64,000 nt of DNA from contig NC_068998.1 in assembly GCF_001194135.2 (NCBI RefSeq), positions 24,252,313-24,316,312 of the forward strand. The letters are read 5' to 3'. Under the pieces are notes generated by a model. The model did not search any database. It was not told the DNA's origin and saw nothing but the letters and a program-made list of their open reading frames with translations. Both the position numbers and the translations under genes were made by a program. This document shows positions 40,159-52,200 of this stretch, in pieces. How positions within the stretch are numbered: position 1 is the stretch's first letter; each line of letters starts with the position of its first letter. This stretch comes from Octopus bimaculoides. Lineage: Eukaryota.

Positions 40159-40510
40159 TGTTTTTTTTATACCTATGCCACACCAAGAAGTAATCTTGAG
40201 TCAGATTTACTGTTTAAATTGGATTTGGTACTTACATATCTACAATATCCTATCAATGACTGACACCTTAATGGTTGTTTTAACTCACTTTGAAGCCTTT
40301 GTTATTGCACCTAGCCATTTCTGGTATCCTATGTGGTGATGTGCCTAGATTCTTTTAAATTCTATAACTACATATTTATCTATCTATCTAGTTATCTAAT
40401 ATATGTACACTATATTAAAATGAGTACTAATAGCTTCTTGCTATGAAGATACATGGCTAGACAGGTTTTATAACATGCCTTGTGTCACCAAGCAGTCTTT
40501 AAGTACTGAA

Positions 40511-40564
40511 CACATGGTCTGTTCTATTTCAAAATCAAGATGGTGGTACATCAGAAACCATGTG
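40511..40564 (-). ncRNA. degenerate hammerhead-like motif ~160 bp 3' of a Penelope ORF end
   Basis: Minus strand CACATGGTTT-CTGATGT-...-GAAAT-AGAAC-AGACCATGTG. A 10-bp stem I closes a CTGATG/GAAA core, but A9, stem II and the cleavage triplet are degenerate. Confidence 0.35.
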
Positions 40565-40726
40565 AAAAAAGGTTGATACAAAATGTGGAAGGGTGAATAA
40601 AAACACAAAAAGAGCAAAGAAATGAAAGAAAATTAGAATTACATCCCCTTTGACTGTAGAAGTCGTAATTAAACTAGCTGAAGAATAACTCTATAGAGAG
40701 GGGTCCAAAATCTGCTGGAGAGCTGC

Positions 40727-41011
40727 TCAATCTAGAGAGGGTAGTGCTCTCCAATTCACCAAAAGAAATTTGTTCATATGCTTGCATTTGCTGAAAATTT
40801 CAGATTTTGGATCAAAAAGAATATGCGATGTTTCTGCAACATATAAATTGCATTTCTTAAATCCATTTACATATGGCATGGATTTCCCCTCAATTCTCCA
40901 CTTGATTGTATGCAGTGTGCAGTTGGTTTTCCAACAACATACATGGCTAGCCAACTTAATGGCTTTACTTTTGTCAATGTGCCAGATAGAAGAGTAGTAA
41001 TTTGCTAACAT
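40727..41011 (-). mobile_element. third Penelope-like fragment: C-terminal end of the GIY-YIG endonuclease region
   Basis: KAIKLASHVCCWK..HTIKWRIEGKSMPYVNGFKKCNLYVAETSHILF..SEIFSKCKHMNKFLL matches the recalled PLE tail pattern T.LS..IW.LK..Y.IKW.I....PY..G.K.CNLC..EK..IL....SE....C.H..KFLL. Confidence 0.72.
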
Positions 41012-41374
41012 CTATTGAAATTGCCTTCATATAAACCAAATTCAATGGGCATTATGCAATTACAGAAAAATTGCACTCATTGAATTAAGTCATTTTATTT
41101 TTTTTTTTCCAACAATGGGAGACAACTCTAGTTACAGTTTGGGATTATTTTGACTTTATTAGCAAAGCTTTGCTTTCTCCCTATTTGCCTGAGTAGTGAT
41201 GGATGAATAAAAGTTGCACATTTGTTAGCACAGAAAAATAAAATTTGTAAGAATCTGTATATCTAGAAGGTTCCAACTGCATGAAAAAATAATAGGTATG
41301 TTAATGTTGACATATTTGATTGAAGGCTCATTAAATAACCAACTAAATTGCTTTGGTCGAAAATACTTTTAGTC

Positions 41375-42158
41375 TAACTGCTACTACTAACTACCACCAC
41401 CACTAATACTGTTACTGTTAACTACCACTATCTATCATCTACTACTATCATCACCAGTACCACTACTACTACTATCATCACCACTAATACTGCTACTACT
41501 AACTACCACCACCACCTCCAATACAATTATTTCTACTATCATCGCCAGTACCACTACTATTTCTTCTTACTACTACTACTACTACTACTACTAATACCAC
41601 CACCACCACTACTGCAACCCCTGCTGCTGCCACCACCACTACTAATAGTACTGTTGTTACCACCACCATCATTATCACCACTACCACCACTATTGCTATA
41701 GTACAACTACCACAAGTACAACTACCAGAGCCATCTCCATCACCATTATCATAAAAAACAAAATAACCAACAGCACAAATACCATCGTAATCAATGACGA
41801 CCACCACAACTGCAAGCACCACCAGTGCCAGTACTACAACTACTACACCACCTCTAACAACACCAATACCTCTACCTACCACCACTTCTTCGAATGCTAC
41901 CAAGTAGTATTGACTCTGCTTTGTATTTACAAAAAGGATTTTAATATCAAAGTTTCATTAGAGCAAAGTGTAATTAGTCCAAAGGGTTTTAGACTAAATT
42001 GATCTTTCTTAACTACTTTACTCTAAAGCACTTTGATCTAAAAATATTTCAGACTTTTAACACTTTGGTCTAAAAACCGCCGCTGTTATTACTACAACTA
42101 CTGCTACTACTACTACCACTACTATTACTACTACTAATAATAATAGTAATAATAATGA

Positions 42159-42201
<43 letters not shown>

Positions 42202-42440
42202 AATACTGACACAAACCCTACTACTGTTACCTCTACTATCACCACTACCATCACTACATCATCATAATCACTACTACTATAACCTAACTGACAGTAGTAA
42301 CTATAGTTGCTACCATCATTTTCATTACCGTTGCAATCAACATCACCAGGTTTATTGCCTCTGGCATCGCAATTACCATCTCTCCTATAATCATTACCAT
42401 CCTCACCACCATAACCATCGTCACCGCCAATATTTTGCAT
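41375..42440. repeat. degenerate trinucleotide (ACT/ACC/AAT) low-complexity blocks
   Basis: Two blocks (~41375-41900 and ~42080-42440) of mixed CTA/CCA/TAA triplets. They generate the V-, T- and I-rich spurious ORFs. Confidence 0.9.
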
Positions 42441-42947
42441 TGTATTGATGACCAGGAGTTTGAGTCCAGAGTGATGCATTCCAAGTAAATATGCAGTGAG
42501 GAACAAAAGATGTGACAGTAATTAACACTATTTTTATTTTTCCAGCAAGTACAAGAAACTGAACCATGTTTTTAAGCTTAGTCTCACTTCTCAGCTCTGG
42601 GCTAACAAATGCCTTGCAAGTGAGTTTGGTAGTTGAAAACTGTGCAGAAACCTGCCATATATGTGTGTGTGGGTGTATGACTGTATGTGTGAATGCATGT
42701 GTGTGTGTGTGTGTGTGTGATTTTGTTTCTCATCATTTGACTATGGGTATTAGTTTATTTTAGTCCCTGTAACTTAGCAGTTTTGGGGGCAAAAGATGCC
42801 AACAGAGTATCTACCAGAATTTGTATATTTGGGTGTATATATGTATGCATGTATAGATGTATATATATCACTTAGGCATTGTGTGACCTAGTGTAAAACT
42901 CAATATACATATAATTCAGAATAAAGTGTTAGAGGAGTACAGAGTAG

Positions 42948-43230
42948 TAATAAGAAAAAGACATGACAAAGGGAAAAGATGGCTATGTTATGAATTTCAT
43001 TAGCATACAGCTGTTTCTAAAAAAAGGTGCAGTGGACTCCTAGTTGAGTGACTGAATAACATCCTATATCTTTATTGAAGACTCTGGTATTCAAGGCTCT
43101 GATGAAGCTATAAGGTGTTAGTCAGGCACTCAACTATGAGTCAATTGCAAACTTATAACAGAAACAGCTGTAAGCTAATGAAACGCATGACATAACCATC
43201 TTTTACTTTGTCATCTCTTCTTCTTATATA
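42948..43230. repeat. ~280-bp imperfect palindrome made of two head-to-head hammerhead-type units
   Basis: TTTCATTAGCATACAGCTGTTTCT (42995-43018) pairs with AGAAACAGCTGTAAGCTAATGAAA (43160-43183). Pairing extends outward through GATGGCTATGTTATG/CATGACATAACCATC and ATGACAAAG/CTTTGTCAT, and inward through TAGTTGAGTG/CACTCAACTA. Confidence 0.9.
43095..43176 (+). ncRNA. type I hammerhead ribozyme (minimal, PLE-type) with intact catalytic core
   Basis: GGCT(43095-98)-CTGATGA(43099-105)-a-GCTATAAG(43107-114)...CTTATAAC(43152-159)-a-GAAAC(43161-165)-AGCT-GTA(43170-172)-AGCT. All core nucleotides are present, stem II pairs 7/8, stem III is palindromic (ACAGCTGT) and stem I is 4 bp. Confidence 0.78.
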
Positions 43231-43242
43231 TTTATATAAATA

Positions 43243-43892
43243 TCATCATCATCATCATCATTTAATGTCCATTGTCCATATTGACATGGTCTGGATGGTT
43301 TGACCAGAGTTAGCAAGCTGGAGAGCTGTGCCAGATTACAGTCTGATTGGGCATAGTTTCTACAGCTGGATGCTCTTCCTAACACCGACCACTTTTCAGA
43401 GTGAGCTGGATGCTTTTATGTGACACCACACAGTTGCTTTCACGTGGCACTACACAGTTGTTTTTAATTGGCACTGCAGAGTCACTTTTACATGGCATTA
43501 CATAGACACTTTTACATGACTCTGCCACAAGAGCTTTTCACCACCAGAAAGGCTGGTCTTAACACTTCTGTGGCAGAGTATGGGTCTCCTTGAGTACAGC
43601 AAGGTGCCAGGCATCTCAGTCCTTTGTCATCTCACCTAAAAGCTTCAGCATCCTGAGGTCATTCTTTAGTATTTCATCTCATGTCTTCTTGGGTCTTCCA
43701 CTTCCACATGTTCAATCTACTTTGAGAGATCAGCATTTCTTTATGGAGCTGATGACATCCATCCACATCACATGACCAAACCAGAGCAGTTTTCTATCAT
43801 GCACGCACCAACTAATTCCTCTTATGCCTAACTTCTCTCTCAAAACACTCTCACTTTATTGATCATGTACACTTCCATTATACATCCAGCAG
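43243..43892 (-). mobile_element. RTE-type LINE 3' end (RT C-terminus + 3'UTR + (ATG)n tail)
   Basis: Minus strand LREKLGIRGI..L.WFGHVMWMD..SSIKKC*SLKVD..GSGRPKKT*DE.LKND corresponds to the LRWFGHV...GRPRKTW RTE signature, followed by the shared tail. Confidence 0.85.
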
Positions 43893-43900
43893 AGCATACT

Positions 43901-43954
<54 letters not shown>

Positions 43955-44085
43955 NNNNNNNNNNGGAATCAACCTCAGGACTTATGTTTTTAAGCCCAGT
44001 ACTTATTCAATCAGTCTCTTTTGTCGAACCGTTAAGTTTTGGGGACATAAACACAACACTGGTTGTGGAGAACAGAGACAGACAT

Positions 44086-44152
<67 letters not shown>

Positions 44153-44580
44153 AATGTAAGATCCAATGATTAAGATGTAGGAAGAAAGTTAGCTTCAAGC
44201 CATCTGCAGTAAATATAAAAAACACCTTTCAGGAATGATAGTGGTTTATCAAGGTAGAACGTTGTGGATTTTTCCCTATCAAAATATTTATAAGATGGAA
44301 AAAATTATTTTTATACTTCACTATAGGCAGTCAGGATTGCTGGGTATGTGAATAAGAATACAATAGTTAAAGAATGGAGTAGGATCCAATCTACATATGT
44401 TTCATAGCAAGTGAAACCTCAGAAGTAGTAAATATCCAAGTGAGGTGTATACGGCAGGTTTACTCATCAGGCCAAAGGTATCTTGATTAAATAAAATTTT
44501 ACATTGTTGCAAGGAAGTACATGTTAACACACAGATTCAATCAGAATGTGTAGAGAGCATGGTAAGAGTAAAGAATATAA

Positions 44581-44855
44581 ATCATCATCATCATCATCGT
44601 TTAACGTCCACTTTCCATGCTAGCATGGGTTGGATGATTTGACTGAGGACTGGTGAAACCGGATGGCAACACCAGGCTCCAATCTAATCTGGTAGAGTTT
44701 CTACAGCCGGATGCCCTTCCTAACGCCAACCACTCAGAGAGTGTAGTGGGTGCTTTTACGTGTCACCCGCACGAGGGCCAGTCAGGCGGTACTGGCAACG
44801 GCCATGCTCAAAATGGTGTCTTTTATGTGCCACCCGCACAAGAGCCAGTCCAGGG
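44581..44855 (-). mobile_element. young RTE-type LINE 3' end
   Basis: Roughly a dozen differences over ~230 bp from 26697-26926 (counted by eye). Confidence 0.8.
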
Positions 44856-45965
44856 GCAAATTAGTAATATAAGAAAGAAAATAGAAAAGAAAAAAAGGAA
44901 TAAAGACATCAGGGAGTGGGAGAGTTAAGGAATTTAAGCAAGGTCATTTGACCAGTAGTTTTTGATAGTGTAGAGATTTGCAAAGGGAGTAGCATTTGAA
45001 AAAAAAGATAATGTGGAGGGGAGAGGGAGAAGAAACAACTGTGGTCAAGAGGGAGAAAAATGTATGCTTAAAGTGAGGAGTAGTATTAGAATTGAAATTC
45101 AAGGCAGAATGGAGTGTAATTGTAGTAAATATTACCAGCTAGAAATTAAGGAATGTATATTGTTTTGTGGCTGTTTCTCATGCTGGCATGGGCTGGGCAG
45201 TTTGACTGAAAACTGGTAAGCTGGTGAGCTGCAGCAGGTTTCAGTCTGATTAGGTATGGTTTCTACAGCTGGATGCCCTTCCTCATGCCAGCCACTCCAA
45301 AAGTACAGTGGGTGTGTTTTACATGCCATCAGCATGGGTGCCAGATACGAAACACTAGCATCGGCCATGACTATGATTTCACGTGGTTTGACAGGTGTTC
45401 TCAAGCACGATATATTGCCAAAGGTCTAGCTCACTTGTCATTGCCTCCATGAGGTCCAAAGTTTGAAGGGTACTTCATATATACAAAATATATATATATA
45501 CTGAGGCTAATTGGTTCAACTGAATCATTCAAGTTGGTGTTTCAACTTGGTTGCAGTCTAAAGACTAAAACAAATAAAAATGAATCTAAGAATATGTTTA
45601 TCTGAGACATTCTACAAACTGTGGTTCACATCACTTATGCTGATGAACAAGCAACTTTTTGCTGATGCCATTGCCTTGCCAATGGTGTATTTTTGCTATA
45701 GGGAATGCAGCAGAAAAATGTATATTACAAGAAAAGTCAGTGTTTCATTTTCTATCTGATATTTGAGCGGGTCTGGAAAATTCTGGTGATATTTATAGCA
45801 TGGCAATCACAAGTCTATTTGTTTATAAAGATTTCTTTAGTTTCAATTTCCTTTCCACAACTACAGGCATCTGTGGTATCATTGTTTTTGTCATCTACAG
45901 TAAAATTGAAACATTCTGATTCAGTATATTCAATATATAGTTCTTATCGGAACTAATTGTTGTTG

Positions 45966-48467
45966 GTTGGGAAGAACATCGTGTTATTTTTGAAAACTGT
46001 GCAAGAGAAAAAAAAAAAAATATTAAATTATCTATTATAAGTAAAGTTGCCAAAAATATTTGTATAAATTGCAAAACTAATTTTTTTTATCTGATTAGTC
46101 AATATAAATTTTCTTCGCAACCAAATATAAGCACCAATAAAATAAGTTTTAGAAGGAGATGTAGAATCGCAAGATATTTTGAGATTAACAAAATATTTTT
46201 CTCACCAGAGTTATCATGTTATTAGGGCGCAAATACTCTCTTAATTATTGTAGTATATATATCATGATTGAACCATTTTTAGTTAAGAATCTTGTTTAAA
46301 CATCTTCAATTCATTGAGCTCTCAATCAATAGCCAGCTTCTTTGGGGATTGCACTCAAGGTGGTATAGTTCCCCATTCTCCTAATATAACATGAATTTCT
46401 TTCTTTCTCTCTTTCTCTCTCTTTATGTAAATATGTTACCCTTCTGGTTTAGCCCCAGATCAGCTCTATGCAGATCTATAATCAAATATGTACCATCTAC
46501 AGCCATTTCAATTTAATTTTCTTCTTCCTTGATTTTCTTCTTGCTCTTCTCTTTCTTTTCCTTCTCCTCCTCCATGGCAGACTTAATTGTTGCCTGATTT
46601 AACACCACCCTCTCGTCCTTATGTTCATTTAACAGTTTATTTTGTTGCAAGCATTCAAGCTAACTTTCTGATTTCAGAATAACTTCACTCCTTCATTCCA
46701 CTAGTCATGATCTCTTGAGAAGGATCAAGACACTGCTCTTCATCCACTGAGAGAGTTGTTTTTTTAAAAAAAAAAACAACTTTGTATTATTTACAAACTT
46801 ACATTTAGTACATGAAACAAAACATTAAATATATAAAATTATGAAAATCTTTCCCATGGCTGTGTAGGAAGATGCTTGCTTTCTTACCACATGGTTCTAG
46901 GTTCAGTTCCACTGCATGGCACCTTGGACAAATGTCTTCTACTATAGCCTTGGGTCAACAAAATCCTTGTGAGTGGATTTCGTGGACAGAAACTGAAAGA
47001 TAGCCATCACATGTGTGTGTGTGTGTGTGTGTGTGCATGTGTTTGTGCCTTACAACTCTCTAACAACTGATATTGGTTTGTTTTCATCCCCATAATTAAG
47101 TGGCTCAGTAAATGACACTGACAGTATAAGTACCAGGCTTTAAAAAATAAGCCCTAAGGTCAATTCATTTGACAAAAAAACATTCTTTGAGGTAGTGCCC
47201 CAGCGTGGTCACAGTCTAATGACTGAAACAAGTAAAAGATAAAAACAAATCATTTAAACTGAAATAACGTTGTTTGTCAGAATTTTAAGAATACTCAAAC
47301 AATTTGGAAACTAAATTTCTTCTTATGAATACTGAAAAGACAATTCTTGCAAAAGTTCTTATTTTATTATCTCTTATCCTATTAACTTTTATTTATTTCA
47401 GTCACTGGACTGTGGCCATGCTATTGCACTGCTTTAAAGGGTTATAGCTAAACAAATTGACTCTAGTTCTTATTTTTCAGTACAGGGATATAAACAAACC
47501 AATGCCAGTTGTCAAGTGGTGGTGGGGAACAAACACAAACAGACACGCTCACACAAATATATTAATATATGACAGGTTTCTTTCAGTTTCTGTCTACCAA
47601 ATCCACTCACAAGAGTTTGGTTAGCTTGGGGTTATAGCAAAAGATATTTGCATGGGGTTATAGTAAATAAAAAAAACACACATAGAACTGATCTGGGGCT
47701 AAACAACAAAAGTAACATATTGAGAGAGACAGACAGACAGACAGAGACAGAGACAGAGAGCTGACAGAGATAGTGAGAAGGTGGCGATCTGGCAAAAATG
47801 TTGGCACCCTGGGCGACATGCTTAGCGGTATTTCATCTGCTGCTACGTTTTGAGTTCAAATTCCGCCGAGGTTGACTTTGCCTTTCATCCTTTTGGAGTC
47901 AATTAAATAAGTACCAGTTATGCACTGGGATCGATATAATCGACTTAATCCGTTTGTCTGTCCTTGTTTGTCCCCTTTGTGTGTAGCCCCTTGTGAGCAG
48001 TAAAGAAATACGACAGAGAGAGAGTGAGAGAAAAAGAGATTCATGTTATCTTATAATAGGAGAATGGTGAACAATGCTACCTTCAGTGCAATCCCCAAAG
48101 AAGCTAGCTATTGATGGAGAGCTCAATGAATTACAGATGTTTAAATAAGACTCTTAACTAATAATGGTTCAATCATGATATATACTACAATAATTAAGAG
48201 ACTATCTGTACCCTAATAACACAATAACTCTGGTGAGAAAAGTATTTGTTAATCTCAAAATATTTTGTGATTCTACATTTCCTTCTAAAATTTATTTTAT
48301 TGGTGGTTATATTTGGCTGCAAAGAAAATTTATGAGATTGACTAATCAGATAGAAAAAAATTAGTTTTGTGATTTATACAAATATTTTTGGCATCTTTAC
48401 TTATAATACCTAATTTAATTTTTTTTTCTCCAGCATATTTTTCAAAAATAACAATGAATTTCCCAAC
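45966..48467. repeat. large inverted duplication: arms ~45966-46425 and ~48011-48467, ~1.6-kb SINE-filled spacer
   Basis: For example CTCACCAGAGTTAT/ATAACTCTGGTGAG, GCTTCTTTGGGGATTGCACT/AGTGCAATCCCCAAAGAAGC, GCCAAAAATATTTGTATAAAT/ATTTATACAAATATTTTTGGC and TTGGGAA..GTTATTTTTGAAAA/TTTTCAAAAATAAC..TTCCCAA. Confidence 0.92.
47778..48009 (+). mobile_element. well-preserved SINE (GTCGACTTTGCCTTTCATCC core family)
   Basis: AAGGTGGCGATCTGGCAAAA..TGAGTTCAAATTCCGCCGAGGTTGACTTTGCCTTTCATCC..AAGTACCAG..GTAAAGAAATA. Confidence 0.85.
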
Positions 48468-49199
48468 AAGACCACAGTGCTTCAGGACGGAACCCAAACA
48501 CATGTGGTTGTGAAACAAGCTTCTTACCACATATCCATGCCTTTCCTATCATGAGCAGCACCAAAATATTGATTTCGAATTTTGGCACAAGTCTAGCAAG
48601 TTTGGGGGTGTGAGTCAATTACATTGGCCTCAGTGATTGACTGCTACTCATTTTATCAACCTTGAAAAGATGAAAGATAAAGCCATCCTCAGCAAATTTA
48701 AATGCAGAATGTAAAGACAGATGAAATGCCACTAAACATTTTGCCCAGCATACTGACTCTGCCAGTTCTCCAACTTATGCAACACCAAAATATTAATTAC
48801 AGTTTGAATAGAGATGAGGCTTACTTCTCTAGAGACTAAATTAACCAGAAATTATTGCTGGTATTTCTTTTAAGCTCAAAGAGAATAAACGAAAATGCAT
48901 AATGCAGGTATGATTTGAACCCAGAATACTGAAAGGCAAAAAAACTACAGTGAAATATCTAATCTGGTATTTTTACCTTTTAGTTGTTTCAGTCAGTAGA
49001 TAGTGGTCATGTTGGGGCACCACTTTGAAATGTTTAGGACTTATATTTTTAGTATGGTACTTATCCTTATATTTTATTTATTTATTTATAATTTTTTTGG
49101 TGAACTTCTATATTATGGGGACATACACAAACCAACACCAGTTGTCAAGCAGTATGGTGGGGGACAAATATGAATACAAATACACATCCACACACACAA

Positions 49200-49236
<37 letters not shown>

Positions 49237-52200
49237 GTGTGTCAAACAGGTTTCTGCAATTTCCATCTACCGAACTCACTCACAAGCCATCATTTGATCT
49301 GAGGCTGATGCTTGCCCTAGGTGCTGTACAGTGATACTGAACTGGAAATTACATGTGAAGCAAGATTTTGAACCCCCACCACTACCTCCTCCTCCTTCTC
49401 CTCTTTTTTCACTAAATATGCATTGAAGATAACAAAATCTTGCTTAAGAAAGAGAAATCTGTCAGAAAGAGGAAGAAAAACATTTTAGAGAAATTTCATA
49501 TAAAATGCTATCAACCACCCCAGAATAATAACAGAGGGATCAGGTACAGTTTAGATTAGCTAAAATTATAGCACTGATCAAGTTGCTAGCAAATAGGGAG
49601 AAAAAAGTCAGAGAAAGGAGTACTTATTTTTCTGGTACCCAATCCCAACACACAAAAGACTTTGAGGACATGAATTGAAATTCACAGAGTTGTGTGGAGA
49701 CATGACCGCTGTGCTTCAGGTTAAGTCAGATATGGTGGCATGAGTCATTGCAACACATTTCTGCATCCACCATTTGTCAGTATTTGCTTGGTTCATCCTG
49801 AGCAGTGTCCTAGTCATTCCAACCAGTATCGCAGTCAGTTCCTATGAGTTACCCTAACTGGATTCTCAGAGAAGAGAACACAGTACACAGGATCCAACTT
49901 GAAAAATTGAGCAACGTGAACAAACAGTTCAAGCTGATGTTCATAATCATACAATAACACATTCCAGCTTTTGAGTAGAGTCTTTGGTTGGAAATGAAAT
50001 CCAACCAATGATAGCCCATAATCCTGGAACTGAAGAAATGACAAGAAGAATTGAAGAAAGGGAAAAGTAAGATCTAAAGATAGGATAAGTTACTTTATGC
50101 ATTATTCTATCTAATTCCTCACAGCAAAGCCATAAAATACAATTTTTAAGATAGGTTCTCTGAAGAAAGAAATAGATGAGATTTGTGAGAAGATGTTTAT
50201 CATAGAGACATACGTTAACTTAGTGGTTATCAGAATGGGTGAGGGTAACAAGGTTTGTTTAAGTGGTTTGTTACTTTGGAAAGACCCAATGTCTTGTACT
50301 CTAGAGACAATAACAATTTAGAGAAGGATTAATGACTTGCTCATGTCAAGAGTTTAAAGCAAGGGTTTAGGAAAATATGACACTCATTGGAGCATTTAAT
50401 TTTCAAGTTAAGGTTACTTCCTTGGTAATCAATTTTATTTTGGTCTCTGAAATCATTGTGATGAGAATTAGTGTTTAGAATGAATTCAAGCTTTTATATA
50501 TGTACATATTTAAAGCCCATGACATCTTTAAGAATGTAGGCGATAAATTTTCTTAGATGTTGTATGAAACCCTGGAGATAGATTAATTTCAAGTAACCCT
50601 GGGGAAAGGAAACAGCAGCTAAGAAACTTTCTTTGTGCTTTCTCAAAGATGTATTGACTTGGATAAGTAATAATATTGGTAAGACAAAACTGATATAGCA
50701 AAGATGATATTTTGTTAAGAAGTTAGATAAGCCATGGCTCACAATGATCTGTAAAGTAAATAGATCATGGAGATTGATACATGGGAATGTCCTCTATAAA
50801 AGCAAGTACTCCATGACAGTATAAAACAGGAAACATTAAAACAGTGAAATGACATTTAGAAAATAGATAAAGCTATTATGCAACAAGAGGATAATTCTCA
50901 TGTTGAGAGCAGTGCTCCTCAGAGAATGACAGGAGGTAATCTGTGTAGAATCTCTAAATTGTGTGGTACCACTATGATTGAAGATAAAAGAAGTAAGGAA
51001 AGAGTAACATCAAAGGAAGAGAATGGTAGGATGAGAATAGAGTAAGGTTCAGTTAGAAGCAAAGTCTAGTAAAATGTTAGGGCAAAGTGACATGAAGTGG
51101 AAAGGCACAGGGCAGAGAAATGTGATAGTAAGATACAAGAAGTAGTTACGGAACAAGGTATAGAAAACAAGTATGAAGTGAAAAAGTAGTGAGCAAGATA
51201 TAGCAAGGTATAGGAAGTGAGCTGCAAATTGGTGGTAAGGATGTAATAAGATGGCAAGGTGTAAGATATGAAAAGTTGATATGGGAGGAGGCATCGTAAG
51301 GTGGTAAAGTGAAAGGTATTTTAAAGTAGCAGAGATCAAGGTATGATAAACAGTAAGGTGGTAAGAAGTAAAGTATACTATGGTGACAGAGTGTAAGATA
51401 TCATAATCTGGTTGAAAGTAAAGCTTATTTATGGCTGTAGGGAAGAAGGTATAGTAAGATAGCAACATCATCATCCTTCTCCTCATCACTTAATGTCTGT
51501 TCTCCATGCTGGCATGGGTTGGACGGTTTGACAGGAGCTGGCCAGCTGAAGATCTGCCTAGGCCCTATGTCTGTTTTGCGATAGTTTCTACAGCTAGATG
51601 CCCTACATAATGCCAACTACTTTACATGGTGTACTGTGTGCTTTTATGTGGCACCACCACAGGTGCTTATTACATGGTAGTGGCACCCACAAGCTCACAA
51701 GATTAGGATCACTCAGCTGAAGAGGGATGCTGGGGACATGCCTGTATGCTAGGACAACCATGACTTTACTTAGCTTAGTGTGTCTTTTCAAGCACAGCAA
51801 ACCACTATAAGTCTCAATCCCTTGTCATTCCCTCTGTGAGGCCCAACATCTGAAGATCCTTTCTCACCACTTCGCCCAATGTATTCCTGGGACTACCCCC
51901 TCATAGGTTCATAATGTGACAACACTCGTGAAAATGTAATCCATGGATCAAGGAAGCACTTGTGTGTTGATCCAGATATCAAGCTATTCGCAAACATGTA
52001 CATCTTATAGGTGATACTGTATTTCACTTATATAACAAAACATTATATTATGTTCTTAGTATAATGAAGATACGTAGTTTAGTGGTTAGGGTATTTGGCT
52101 CCAGGTCATAAAGTCACGAGTTCAATACCCAGCAGCATGTTGTGTCCTTGAGCAAAGCATGTTGTTTCTCAGTGCTCCAGTCTACTCAGATGGCCAAGCT

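Noticed and set aside
41499-42506. Mucin-like Thr-rich or Val-rich ORFs
   Set aside because: Degenerate trinucleotide low-complexity DNA with stops in the Thr-rich frame and no splice or signal-peptide support.
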